A stretch of DNA of 64,000 bases from Brevinema andersonii (GCA_020722765.1 DYKD01000001.1:2025-66024); one strand, 5' to 3'; positions 47,736 through 58,173 are shown, numbered from the stretch's first letter. Notes: generated by a model not told the origin, from the letters alone. Numbers and translations are program-made.

Positions 47736-49073
47736 TCATCCTGCAACTGTGAGGTTCAAATCCTTAAACCGAACATAGGGCAAATTCATATCCCCATAAG
47801 AAAAAAGGTCAGAGCCGACAGATTCCATCCTGTTCAACATCTCAAAAACATTATCAGCCAGCATACAATTCTTGATCCGACCTGTCATTTCACCGTTTTC
47901 CACCTTGAACGCCAGATCGAGATTGACTGAAAACTCTCCTGACAATGTATTGCTCTGTCCTGCACCGATCATCTGGTCAACAAGAATCCCGTTTTTCATT
48001 GATGAAAGCATCTCTTGGAAAGATGTCGTCCCTGGTTCAACAAACAGGTTTGTAGCCTCATCTGATGGGAAAGAAGCATAAGATCTAAATCCGTTTCCAG
48101 ACGGTTTGACACCAAGTTTTTCGGCAGAATGAAGGCTTGTGAGAATAGCCTCCACTACACCCTTGTTTACAAAATATTTTTTAGAGCAGGGCACCCCCTC
48201 ATGATCAAACAATGAATAGGAAATTCCAGGCTTGTAGAAAGGATCCTCATAGATTGAAAACATGGCGTCTGTTATCTTTTTTCCAAGTTTGTCTGAAATA
48301 TAGGAGGACTTCTTATGTATCATGCTTCCTTTAAAAGCGGACATTATGATAGAGACAAGAGACTGGAAAGCTTTTGGAGTGAATATGACATCACTTTTCC
48401 CGCTTGTTACATGACCGTTCTTTTTGGAATGTTTACAGAGAAAAACCAGGTTTGACACCGCTTTGTCAAGGGGATCATACTGTAAATCTGTCGGCATGGA
48501 ACACGAATCCCAGATTTCCTGGATATTCCCCTCTTCAATCAAAGCAACAGAAACAGAAAAAGAGTAACTCTCTCTTCCAAATCTGACACGTCCAGAAGAA
48601 CTGTTTAACAACAGGCTATCCTGCTTTGAACGAGAAAAGAAAAAACTCACCTTCCCATCAGGGAAATCGGACAAGATCCGGCTTATCACTGATTTTCCTT
48701 TCTCAATAACGGTTTTCCCTTCAGTATCCAAATTGCACTTCCCCGTTTCCACAGAATTGCTTACAGAACCTGGAAGAAGGAACTTGGCTTCATCACCTTG
48801 GGAAGCGGATTGAATGCTACGTTCGATCAGTTCACGTGGTATAAGCCCAAATCTCCCATCTTCTGAAACAGCATTGCAGGAAGATAGTCCCTGGTGATTC
48901 TCTTTAAAAACACGAAGTCCCAAGCCACCCGATTGTTTGGAATTGACTGAGTTCAACCTGTTGTTTCTGAATTCTATGGAATCACTCTCGTTATTCTGGG
49001 TAAAAATATCAAAGCGGTCAGCCCTCCCTTTCATCAATGAGAAAATCTTTTCTGCCATTTCAAACCTATTCAT
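47736..49073 (-). CDS. tldE: TldE/PmbA-family metalloprotease partner protein
   Basis: PmbA-like N-terminus and length. 4-nt overlap with tldD. Confidence 0.7.
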   Translation of the reverse strand: MNRFEMAEKIFSLMKGRADRFDIFTQNNESDSIEFRNNRLNSVNSKQSGGLGLRVFKENHQGLSSCNAVSEDGRFGLIPRELIERSIQSASQGDEAKFLLPGSVSNSVETGKCNLDTEGKTVIEKGKSVISRILSDFPDGKVSFFFSRSKQDSLLLNSSSGRVRFGRESYSFSVSVALIEEGNIQEIWDSCSMPTDLQYDPLDKAVSNLVFLCKHSKKNGHVTSGKSDVIFTPKAFQSLVSIIMSAFKGSMIHKKSSYISDKLGKKITDAMFSIYEDPFYKPGISYSLFDHEGVPCSKKYFVNKGVVEAILTSLHSAEKLGVKPSGNGFRSYASFPSDEATNLFVEPGTTSFQEMLSSMKNGILVDQMIGAGQSNTLSGEFSVNLDLAFKVENGEMTGRIKNCMLADNVFEMLNRMESVGSDLFSYGDMNLPYVRFKDLNLTVAG

Positions 49074-50434
49074 ACACGGCCTCCCACAACTACATTATCA
49101 ATAAGAATATGAGGAGCTCCGTCAGAGACTGGTAGGGGGCTTTGCCCTTCTTTTCCACAACCGCCAAGTCCGCCATGTATCTCCAGGTCATTTCCAATCA
49201 TCCTGATATTATGCAATGTTTCAAAAACATTTCCTGTCAGGACGATATCCTTTAACATCCTCCCTAACTTTCCCTTCTTGATTTCATAACCGTATAAAGC
49301 TGAAAAAGTAAACATCTCCAGGTTCGTCTGTCCGCCAATACAATTAACAGCATAGATCCCATCTTCAACAGAATCCAGCATCTCTTGTACACTATGAGAT
49401 CCATTCTCAATATATGTGTTTGTCATCCGAACAATAGGCTCATACTGAAAACTGAGAGCACGACCGTTTCCTGTCACATCCTCACCCATTTTTTCCGCAG
49501 TTTCCCTGTTATGAAGATGACCGGACAATACACCGTTCTTAATGAGATAATTTTTCCGCGGAAGGACTCCTTCATCATCATTATAAAGGAATCCTGGTTG
49601 CCCAACCATTGTCCCATCATCAACAATATTCAACGCTTCAGTTCCCATTTTTCTGCCCACACGCATCATTTCAATCATCCGCTGATTTTCAAAAAGGAAA
49701 TCCGCCTCACTGAGATGGCCAAAGGCCTCATGTGTAAAAACACCAGCAAGGTTCGTATCCAGAAGAACCTTGTACGATCCTCCTCTCACGGACTCTGCTT
49801 TCAATAACTGGGCGGCAACCCGAGCTGTCTCTTCAACCTTGTTTTCTTGACCAAGAAGGCTCTCATACCCTCTATAACCACCCACAGTAAAAAAATTCTG
49901 CTGGATATTGGATGCTTCCACAGCAATAGCGACACACGTCATCCCTGAAAACACAAGGTCACTCTCTGTATAGGTCCCTTCTGAATTGATAAAATATTTT
50001 TTTTCAGACCTGTCATGATAGCGGGCACGGGATGTCGTCACACCAGATATGGAAAGAAGAAGATCATTATATGAGGAAATAAGGGCTTTTTTCTCCTCCA
50101 AAGATATTTGAGAAGGTAGAACATTGACTTCCATCCTGTTTATGGAACGGAATGGGGTTACATTCCTTATTTTTCGGCCGGATCCGGCAGTCAGACGTGC
50201 ATTGCGGAGAGCTTTCTCAACAGCCGCATCCAGATCATTAAGATGATCAAATGAGACATAGCTCCAGCCTCCTTTCAAGAGGACACGCACGCCCCCTCCT
50301 GAAGATACAGGTTCAGAAAGGTTCTCCACCTCCTTCCCTGCAAACCCGATGTTCGTTGACCTTCGTTCCTCCAACCTGATTTCACAGTAATCGGCTGGAA
50401 TCTTTCGCATTGTCTCTTTTAACCATTGTTCCAT
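49070..50434 (-). CDS. tldD: TldD-family zinc metalloprotease
   Basis: HEAFGH (HExxxH) and conserved GG…G C-terminal region. Confidence 0.75.
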   Translation of the reverse strand: MEQWLKETMRKIPADYCEIRLEERRSTNIGFAGKEVENLSEPVSSGGGVRVLLKGGWSYVSFDHLNDLDAAVEKALRNARLTAGSGRKIRNVTPFRSINRMEVNVLPSQISLEEKKALISSYNDLLLSISGVTTSRARYHDRSEKKYFINSEGTYTESDLVFSGMTCVAIAVEASNIQQNFFTVGGYRGYESLLGQENKVEETARVAAQLLKAESVRGGSYKVLLDTNLAGVFTHEAFGHLSEADFLFENQRMIEMMRVGRKMGTEALNIVDDGTMVGQPGFLYNDDEGVLPRKNYLIKNGVLSGHLHNRETAEKMGEDVTGNGRALSFQYEPIVRMTNTYIENGSHSVQEMLDSVEDGIYAVNCIGGQTNLEMFTFSALYGYEIKKGKLGRMLKDIVLTGNVFETLHNIRMIGNDLEIHGGLGGCGKEGQSPLPVSDGAPHILIDNVVVGGRV

Positions 50435-50493
50435 GGAAGCTCCTTTACATCAATATATTGATTAATAGAAGCGTGGTCAATATTAGGAAATAA

Positions 50494-50522
50494 TTGACAG
50501 AGACTAAAAATTTGGCTATTTT
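50494..50522 (+). promoter_or_regulatory. Candidate sigma-70 promoter TTGACA-N17-TATTTT upstream of the 758-aa gene
   Basis: Hexamers and spacing read from sequence, ~30 nt upstream of the ATG. Confidence 0.35.
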
Positions 50523-50550
50523 ATGTTAAATCGACATATAGGGATATCTG

Positions 50551-52827
50551 ATGTCAACAACAGAAAATGATCAGAATTCTGGGCAAGAAAATTCCGGAGA
50601 ATATGAGATTCCGGAATATACGTATCCTTCCAATGAAGCAAAATATCATCAAATCTGCAAGGAACTTGGAGTATATGACCAAGACAAACTCATTTTTGAC
50701 AATCTTCTGGAATATATCAATGACCATGCATATCCAATAAACTTTCATGACTTCTGTGTGTTCCTCCAGAACAAATCCTTACCAGGACTGACTTTAAGCG
50801 TCAATGTAGAAACCTATGCACGCAGGGTTGTCAACAGGATCATTTCCTACAAATATGGAAAAATGATAACGGGTAATTCAGACAATCCCGGAACATTCGT
50901 CCTATCAACCCCCTACGACCTGCAAGCTGAACAATTCAAAAAAGAAACAGAATTAAAATCTTCAGACAACCCTTTTCTGGAACAGATCAAAAGCATGCTT
51001 AACAGCCATTATCAGAATATTGCAGACACCCAAAAGATCGACATACCGTTTCCAACAAGAACCTTTATATTGCAGAAATTTGAAAAAGAACTTGAAGAAA
51101 AAGCAAAACTCCCGGAAATCTGGAAGAACCATCTTATCAGGATCAAATGCGACGAATTTACAAGCAAATTCATAAAACAATCGACACAATCCTTCAGGCT
51201 GATCCAGATCGATTTTGATGAAGAAAACCACATCCTACTCACACCAGAAAGTGAAAGGGGGCTTTTCCAGAATGTTCTTGCACAGAAAATCCTCCAATAT
51301 GTAAACGAAAACCCAGGAATACAGGATCACATCCTGAAGGTGCTGAAACAGAACCAGAAAACACAACCAGACATACATCAAATTTTCAAAGATATAGGGG
51401 ATGAATCCTCTTTTTTCTGGATTCTCACATTCAAGAAAATCATGGAAGCCTTGCATCAGCAAAAACGCGAGCAGACGATCTATCTTCATTTCTATGAGGC
51501 TGCCTGCCTGCTTTACCAATACTCACTTTTCCAGCGCGAGGTGAACCAGCAGGACCAGAAAGTTCGCCAGGCCGTCAACACTTTCAAACAAGATATCATA
51601 CGCATGATGATAGAGAATTATTCTGAACCATGGACTATTGACTCGATACAGGCGTGGCATAATAATCTTCCCCATGCGCTTCTACAAGAAAAACTGACAA
51701 GTGTAGAACTTGATGGCATGATCACTTCTATAAACGAAAACGCCACACAAAATTCCCACATCCCACCCATTTTGACCATCAGAACTCCAGAAAGCACTTA
51801 CTTTATACATAAATACAGGTTTTGCCAAATCTTCCTCATGCAATTGCAGAAAGAAACCATCAATCTGAAAAATCATTATATAAAAGAATGGTCAGAAAGA
51901 CCAGTCAAGTTTCCAGATGATTCACTTTTCGACCAGGACATAGACCTTCACATGTCATCTTTTTTCAGAGCGTTCTTATACAAGACGATTCCCGATGTTT
52001 TTTCCCACAAATCCCCGGCAGAAGGGCTTTTCCCAGATATTGTCATCATCAAAGAAATGAAGCTACAGGACTATGATATTTCAGATCCTCAAAAACAAAA
52101 AGTGATTTATGAAGCCATGACCATGGCACTTTTCACCAAAAAATTCAGTCTTGATGTAAAACCACTGCACAGTCTTTTCGAATTGAACCAGAAGGAACTA
52201 CATAAGATGGCACGTGAGTACGCTTTGCGGAACATTCCTTTCTACAAACGAGGACTGATTGGTACTTTTTTTGGATGGTTCTTCATGTTCCTGGAAAAAA
52301 TCGCAAAACATGACGAAATCCGGCTGCTGGCTGACAAAGCTACGACTGGAAATGAATGCGACGCTCTCATAACAAAATACAAACCAACAAAATATGCGGG
52401 GTATGCCAGGCAACAGGCAGAAAGAAGAAAGAAAGAACTTAACGTACAACAAAAGCGGGGAACTCCTTCAAGTGAAAAAGAGAATCCGAATCCGAAGGAA
52501 AGTGCTGAAAAAAAACGCGAACGGGTTGAAGCTCTCAAGAAATATTTTCTGGCAGGAGAGTCTGCCAAAGACCGGCTTCTTGAGCTTGAAAAAGAATGGA
52601 ACCAAAAAATAGGAAAGGCGCAGGCTGAAACGACAAATAATGTCAATAATGCCATCATTTCCATGATGAGGAAAATCAAGCATTTCAAAGTAACCAAGGA
52701 AGAAATTGAAACTTTGGCAGACAGGGTTTCCAAAGATCCCGCATTCCTGGAAATTAAGAACAAAGGGGCTCTAAAAAATTATATTGCCATCTTTGTATTA
52801 CAAAAACTCCTGCAAAGGATTGATTGA
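50551..52827 (+). CDS. Large cytoplasmic hypothetical protein (758 aa), no recognisable domain
   Basis: Long uninterrupted ORF. K/E/Q-rich. No TM. Confidence 0.45.
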   Translation: MSTTENDQNSGQENSGEYEIPEYTYPSNEAKYHQICKELGVYDQDKLIFDNLLEYINDHAYPINFHDFCVFLQNKSLPGLTLSVNVETYARRVVNRIISYKYGKMITGNSDNPGTFVLSTPYDLQAEQFKKETELKSSDNPFLEQIKSMLNSHYQNIADTQKIDIPFPTRTFILQKFEKELEEKAKLPEIWKNHLIRIKCDEFTSKFIKQSTQSFRLIQIDFDEENHILLTPESERGLFQNVLAQKILQYVNENPGIQDHILKVLKQNQKTQPDIHQIFKDIGDESSFFWILTFKKIMEALHQQKREQTIYLHFYEAACLLYQYSLFQREVNQQDQKVRQAVNTFKQDIIRMMIENYSEPWTIDSIQAWHNNLPHALLQEKLTSVELDGMITSINENATQNSHIPPILTIRTPESTYFIHKYRFCQIFLMQLQKETINLKNHYIKEWSERPVKFPDDSLFDQDIDLHMSSFFRAFLYKTIPDVFSHKSPAEGLFPDIVIIKEMKLQDYDISDPQKQKVIYEAMTMALFTKKFSLDVKPLHSLFELNQKELHKMAREYALRNIPFYKRGLIGTFFGWFFMFLEKIAKHDEIRLLADKATTGNECDALITKYKPTKYAGYARQQAERRKKELNVQQKRGTPSSEKENPNPKESAEKKRERVEALKKYFLAGESAKDRLLELEKEWNQKIGKAQAETTNNVNNAIISMMRKIKHFKVTKEEIETLADRVSKDPAFLEIKNKGALKNYIAIFVLQKLLQRID

Positions 52828-52839
52828 AGGATATCTCCA

Positions 52840-53709
52840 TTGAACTCAGAACAGTACTTCTCTGTCTTATCCAATGTCAAATCGTTTCCAACAATACCTG
52901 AAATCTACCAAAGGTTAGAGACTGTGCTTGAAGACCCTGACACAGCCATGCAGAATGTCGCAAAACTTGTGATGCAGGATCCTGCCCTTACTGCCAAACT
53001 TATAAAAATATCAAACTCATCCTTTTTTCATTTGAAGGAGAAAGTGACATCTGTGCAGAAAGCCTGCTCCATACTGGGACTTAACCTCATCAAGGAACTG
53101 GCTCTCTCCACCAATGTGTTGGCAGCTTTTACAGGCACAAAACAGAATGTTGAAAGATACAAATTCTGGCAACATTCCGTTGGTGTAGCCATCTGTTCAC
53201 GGATCATCGCAAAAGACTATGGTGTAAGTCCCAAACAACAGGATGAAATCTTTACAATCGGTTTATTGCATGACATCGGGAAAATGGTCAATGAACAATA
53301 TTTCCCAAAGGAATATAATGACATCCTCAACCATGTGTCAAATGGGATGGGCTATCTTGATGCTGAAAGGAAAGTTTTTGGGCTGACCCACGCAGAAACA
53401 GGGCGTTGGGTAGCGCAGTTCTGGAACTTTGATTCCAAAACAATCCACTCAATAGCCTATCATCATGCCATTGATGCTGGTTTTGAGTTCATTACTGAAA
53501 GGGAAAGGCTTTTCCTCTCCATCATACATCTGTCAGATGTCATAATCAAAGACCTGAAATTCGGCTATTCAGGAGACAGAAATATTGTCGAAGTTCATCC
53601 CAAAGTCTTTGATTTTCTGGACCTCAGTAAGATCCAGTTGGAAAAATATATCGCATTGTTAAAAGACAAGCTGGCAGATATCGATGATTTTCTTGCATCA
53701 CACGGCTAA
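52840..53709 (+). CDS. HDOD-domain signalling protein
   Basis: LLHDIGK and the overall HD-related output domain pattern. 12 nt downstream of the 758-aa gene. Confidence 0.65.
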   Translation: MNSEQYFSVLSNVKSFPTIPEIYQRLETVLEDPDTAMQNVAKLVMQDPALTAKLIKISNSSFFHLKEKVTSVQKACSILGLNLIKELALSTNVLAAFTGTKQNVERYKFWQHSVGVAICSRIIAKDYGVSPKQQDEIFTIGLLHDIGKMVNEQYFPKEYNDILNHVSNGMGYLDAERKVFGLTHAETGRWVAQFWNFDSKTIHSIAYHHAIDAGFEFITERERLFLSIIHLSDVIIKDLKFGYSGDRNIVEVHPKVFDFLDLSKIQLEKYIALLKDKLADIDDFLASHG

Positions 53710-53724
53710 AACAGACTGCTTCGT

Positions 53725-55263
53725 CTATGCCTTGTAATCCCTTAAATGCCCAAGCAACGAGATGACACCCCTGAACGCAAGTGCAATATCAGAAAAACGT
53801 CTCAAGCTTAAGAAAGATTTCAGAAGGAAGACAGGATCAAGGTGTATGCGCCACATCTTCTTGCACCAGAACTCCGTATCCACATCAGTCTTGAGAATGT
53901 TATGCGCCATATCAAACTTCTCATAATCCTTAGGATCAATTCCTGCAGCAAACCATTTCTTTTTCAATGCCTCATTATATAAAGGAGTTCCTGGATAAGG
54001 GACGATAATGCTTGACTGAAGGGAATCCCCGAAATGGGTCTTATAGAGCATCAGCTCCCTAGTCACGTCAAAAGTCTTCCGTGCCTGGTCCTCGGTCTCC
54101 CAGGGGTATCCAACCATTGTCGTCATTAGAACGACCATCCCATGACGTTTAGCATTTTTAATTCCTGCCATGATGGTTTCAATCGTCTCGTCCTTGCGCA
54201 AGACTCCCAAGGTGCTGTTGTTTCCAGATTCAACACCGATCTTCAACAACCTATATCCGCATTTCTTCAACAAACCGCACATCTCATCATCAACCAAGGA
54301 ATCTGCACGGGCATTTGATGATATACGCACTTTTCCTAAAACATTAAAAGTCCTGAGCGCCTTGTAAAAATCCTGTAACCATTCTTTGCTCCAAGTTCCA
54401 CCCGATTCATTATCATCAAAAATTTCTTTCACATGGAATTTTTCCACAAGATGCTTGATTTCCAAAGCCACATCTTCAGGTTTCCGCATGCGGACTCCAG
54501 CTTTCCAGAAACCATATTGCCAAACACAGAATGCACAACGGCCAGGCAAGCTTGAGCAGTATTTTTTCTCGTCTTTTGCATGCTGTTTACTGTTGGCTCC
54601 CCCACAACCACGGCCAGACAGTATATACGCGACCGGTCTATAAAGATACGCTTCCCCATAAATTTCCCAACGTGTCAACACACGATCAATGACGGGGACA
54701 GCGTCCAGCTCATAGAATTTTCCAGGTCCAGAACGCACCACTTTGCCTTTCTGTTTCCAATGGACAGAACCAGGCATCTGATTGTTCTTCTTCTCCCAGT
54801 AACGTACAAGATCACGGATGACAAAATCATAATCACCACTACTGACAACAAAATCCATTTTGGAATGCGCAAAAGACTCTTCAGGATAAAAACAGACATG
54901 GTCTCCGACCAAGATAAGTTTCATCTTTGGCAGGAGATCTTTCAACCCGTTCATATATTCCCAATGCCGCTTGATGATGGGCGCTTTTGTCTCCATTACA
55001 GCCATATCTGGATTGAAAGCTTTCAGACGGTTTTCAAAGTCAGCCATTTCCAGACGTTCGTTGATCCCATCCAGCCAAAGGACTTCATGTCCGTCGTTTT
55101 TCAACATGGTAGCCAAAGTGGCCATCACAACGGGATATATCCTGATTTCCAATGAATTGGAATATTTGAACTGCCTGTTCTGACCAAGGAGTGGATACTC
55201 ATTCCCCTGTTTAATAGGAGGATAAACAATCGCGATTCTCACTAAAAGCTCCTTAATGACCAT
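53725..55263 (-). CDS. B12-binding-domain radical-SAM-like protein with atypical Cys cluster
   Basis: Its N-terminus has the same MVIK..L.RIAIVYPP pattern as the rSAM at 39767. The Cys motif is GRGCGG…YCSSLPGRCAFC (C-x6-C-x2-C, not the canonical Cx3Cx2C). Confidence 0.5.
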   Translation of the reverse strand: MVIKELLVRIAIVYPPIKQGNEYPLLGQNRQFKYSNSLEIRIYPVVMATLATMLKNDGHEVLWLDGINERLEMADFENRLKAFNPDMAVMETKAPIIKRHWEYMNGLKDLLPKMKLILVGDHVCFYPEESFAHSKMDFVVSSGDYDFVIRDLVRYWEKKNNQMPGSVHWKQKGKVVRSGPGKFYELDAVPVIDRVLTRWEIYGEAYLYRPVAYILSGRGCGGANSKQHAKDEKKYCSSLPGRCAFCVWQYGFWKAGVRMRKPEDVALEIKHLVEKFHVKEIFDDNESGGTWSKEWLQDFYKALRTFNVLGKVRISSNARADSLVDDEMCGLLKKCGYRLLKIGVESGNNSTLGVLRKDETIETIMAGIKNAKRHGMVVLMTTMVGYPWETEDQARKTFDVTRELMLYKTHFGDSLQSSIIVPYPGTPLYNEALKKKWFAAGIDPKDYEKFDMAHNILKTDVDTEFWCKKMWRIHLDPVFLLKSFLSLRRFSDIALAFRGVISLLGHLRDYKA

Positions 55264-55485
55264 TTTTACTGGATAAAAAGATAGAAAAAAAAAGATAAGA
55301 AGTCAAAGTTATGAGTTATTGATTTTCATGCCATACCAATACTCTTTTTTTAGCTATTCACAAAAAAAAACAGTATTATTCAATATCGAAAGACCAATAC
55401 TGAAAGAGGAAACAATATGAGTGACTTAACACAGTCTGAACGAGATGAACTTGAAGCATTGCGAAGAGAAAAGACGAAGTCATTT

Positions 55486-55932
55486 TCAGAGAAGTCGTAT
55501 ATTCTGTGATGGGGACTGGTAACTTCTTTCAACACGTACTCCTATGCCTCCACGGGGGTTCCACTCCGCAAGTATGGTGGCTTTTCTAGGCTTGACACAA
55601 TGTATGAAATCCTCAAAAACCTTATTCGTTGCATTTTCCTGGAAAATCCCTAAATTTCGATAAGCTGTGAAATACAGTTTCAAGGATTTTTCCTCGACCA
55701 AGAACCTGTCTGGTACGTACCTGATCTTAAGCTTTGCAAAATCAGGAAGCCCTGTCTTAGGGCAGATGGAAGAAAACTCTTCAGTATAAAGCTCTACCCA
55801 ATACTCAGATTCCGGATAGATATTCTCAATTGTCTGAAGCTTCGGACTTATTACAATATCCCTTATTCGGTCCTGCTTGTTCTGATATCCTCTTGTATCC
55901 TGGGATTTTCGCACTTGGCACTCCTTAGTCAT
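55486..55932 (-). CDS. queF: NADPH-dependent 7-cyano-7-deazaguanine reductase (preQ1 synthase), unimodular type
   Basis: QueF motif E(S/L)K(S/A)hK(L/Y)(Y/F/W) present as EEKSLKLYF. Catalytic Cys in FSSICPKTG. Confidence 0.8.
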   Translation of the reverse strand: MTKECQVRKSQDTRGYQNKQDRIRDIVISPKLQTIENIYPESEYWVELYTEEFSSICPKTGLPDFAKLKIRYVPDRFLVEEKSLKLYFTAYRNLGIFQENATNKVFEDFIHCVKPRKATILAEWNPRGGIGVRVERSYQSPSQNIRLL

Positions 55933-55993
55933 TTTTCACCAGCTTATAATCTAACATAAGTAATACAGAAAATCAAATCACTTTTTTGGACTT

Positions 55994-57319
55994 TCATTGA
56001 TCCTGAAAAATAAAAGAAAACGGATCTAACCATCCTTTAATCCCATCTTCTTTGGGTTGATAACCTTTGATCCATTGGATACGGTCGTTAAGAGTGTCCT
56101 TATCACGGACAATGCCATAAAACTTGTCTCCATGCTTTATCACAACCTTATCACTTTCAAAACCGACAATTTCTGCAGATACCTGGCCCTCCCCCATGTT
56201 TACGCGAGTGTGAAACCCTACCCTGAATTTAGGTTTTTGCCATCTGCCTTCAGCAATGGCAAAATGAAGATGAGAACCATATCCACCGTTTTCTGGCGAA
56301 TAGGACATTCCCGTAACACCGATGACATCTCCAATATTGACGTCTTGACCAGGTTTGACAAAAACAGTCTCTCCCAGATGCCCATAAATACTGCAGAAAT
56401 ATTCATTCGTCTTGGACCTATGCTCAATAAGGATCAGAGTCCCCCAATCCAAAGAAGAGATAACAAGACGAACCTTCCCTGCAGCTATGGCAAAGACAGG
56501 AGTGCCATCCCTGAACCAGGCGCAATCATCCCCTATATGGATATTTTCAGTGCCTACACCAAATGATTTTCTTGGCATTGCAAAAACGAGTTCCTTGTCG
56601 TAATCGAGAACCGGAGGCATTATATTGCTTGCCAAAACAGGTGGCGCATCCATAGGATCAAAAGCAGAATGAGTAAACCTGAACTTGTCAGCAGGTCTAC
56701 CACTCTTAAAAAAAACAGCTTCCCCTATTGATGATTTTACCTCTATCACCTGATTGAATTGTACTGATGGCGAGTTATTTTCAAAACGGTTCAATGCCCA
56801 TTGGAATTCTTTTTTTAACTGTGGATGAGCCTCTTTGTCCATATATGCTTGGATATCATCACGCATAAAGAATTGTGGCCGTAATCCGATCAACAGCAAA
56901 GCCTGTCCACGCACAGAGACATCTGAATGATCCAGTTGTTCCAAAACCAAATCGGCTGGAATATAAGCATCCCTATAATAAAGCAAACCATAAAGCGATT
57001 TGCAAATGACGAATGGATCTTTGGACTCAGCTAAAGCCCTTCCATAAATGGCAGGAATATTTGTATGAAAAAGACGAATCAATGTTTCTGGGGAATAAAG
57101 GAAAATATTTGAAAAAGCCGAATTCAGGATATCATCCCGTTGCTTTGTTGGCAATTCGTTTCCATAGGAAGTTGAAAGTTGTTCGTTCAGTTTTTTCATG
57201 ACAGCAGGAAACTGCGGGGTCCCACAAAAACCTGGCTTTGACTGGGCATTAAGAGATGTTGCTACAAAAAAAAGAAAACATAAAAAAAATGAAAAGGATC
57301 GTTTTCCCATCCAGATCAC
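55994..57319 (-). CDS. M23-family peptidase (LytM-like) with N-terminal uncharacterised domain
   Basis: Signal peptide. C-terminal HxH (GYGSHLHFAI) and upstream HxxxD-type region. Confidence 0.65.
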   Translation of the reverse strand: MIWMGKRSFSFFLCFLFFVATSLNAQSKPGFCGTPQFPAVMKKLNEQLSTSYGNELPTKQRDDILNSAFSNIFLYSPETLIRLFHTNIPAIYGRALAESKDPFVICKSLYGLLYYRDAYIPADLVLEQLDHSDVSVRGQALLLIGLRPQFFMRDDIQAYMDKEAHPQLKKEFQWALNRFENNSPSVQFNQVIEVKSSIGEAVFFKSGRPADKFRFTHSAFDPMDAPPVLASNIMPPVLDYDKELVFAMPRKSFGVGTENIHIGDDCAWFRDGTPVFAIAAGKVRLVISSLDWGTLILIEHRSKTNEYFCSIYGHLGETVFVKPGQDVNIGDVIGVTGMSYSPENGGYGSHLHFAIAEGRWQKPKFRVGFHTRVNMGEGQVSAEIVGFESDKVVIKHGDKFYGIVRDKDTLNDRIQWIKGYQPKEDGIKGWLDPFSFIFQDQ

Positions 57320-58032
57320 TCTCTCGCCATGAAGTGAGCTTTATCCTGCTTGTTAAACCTTTCTATGGCATACCGAAGCATGGTTCGTGGCATTCCCCTG
57401 TAATGCTTTTCCAGAAAATCCTTCACCTTCTTTTCAGAGACCCGCTTCCCTGCCTCCCTTAACATCCATCCAGTGGCCTTGTGTATGAGGTCCTGATCAT
57501 CATTCATAAGAAGTGAGGCAATCGCAAAAACATCCTCTGTCTCACCCTTCTTGATAAAAGTGAAAGTGGCCAAAATGGCTATACGTCGTTCCCACAACAA
57601 TTCTGATTTCGCCATCTTGTAAAGGATTTTACGTTCTTTATTAAGAAGATATTCACCAACAATGTTTGGAGCAGACAGATCAACAAGATCCCAGTTATTA
57701 ATATAACGGGCATGCGCGAGATAATCCTTATAAATCTGTTTCCGGAAGAATTCATCCTTGTGCCGTTCGAACTGTCTGACCATGATGAGCAAGGCAGTAA
57801 GCCTGTGTTCATGATAAGGACTTTTCAAAAGCAAAAGAATCTCTTTTCTGGGCAGATGGGAATATTCTGATACAAGACCCCGTTGGATTGGCACTTTTAT
57901 ACCAAGAAAAAGGTCTCCCTCGCCATACTGACCTTTTCCTGTCTTAAAAAAACCAGATAGTATATGTGCTTGTTTTGGATCCGCAAGAGAATCCATACGT
58001 TTTTTCAAATCTTGATAAGTTGGTATATTCAT
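57316..58032 (-). CDS. DNA alkylation repair protein (AlkC/AlkD HEAT-like repeat family)
   Basis: Length, WDLVD motif and helical-repeat pattern typical of AlkD-like glycosylases. Confidence 0.6.
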   Translation of the reverse strand: MNIPTYQDLKKRMDSLADPKQAHILSGFFKTGKGQYGEGDLFLGIKVPIQRGLVSEYSHLPRKEILLLLKSPYHEHRLTALLIMVRQFERHKDEFFRKQIYKDYLAHARYINNWDLVDLSAPNIVGEYLLNKERKILYKMAKSELLWERRIAILATFTFIKKGETEDVFAIASLLMNDDQDLIHKATGWMLREAGKRVSEKKVKDFLEKHYRGMPRTMLRYAIERFNKQDKAHFMARE

Positions 58033-58105
58033 AGAATTAATATATTGAAAAGCCTATGAAAAGTCAAAGGATGGAATTGTGTGAATAAAATGTCATCCCC
58101 TTCCA

Positions 58106-58144
58106 GTAGGGACGTCCGGTTTCTCCAGCGGGTCATGACCCGCT
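58106..58144. repeat. 39-nt near-perfect palindrome (two central-flank mismatches) containing the same 22-nt core as 26636..26657
   Basis: Read directly from sequence. Lies ~30 nt downstream of the giant-protein gene end. Confidence 0.8.
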
Positions 58145-58173
58145 GGAGAAACCGCTAAAGGACTCCGTTTCAA

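Noticed and set aside
55933-55993. A preQ1 riboswitch upstream of queF
   Set aside because: The short 5' region lacks the preQ1-I hallmark (stem-loop followed by CCC…A-rich tail / ACUA pseudoknot) and shows no obvious preQ1-II features.
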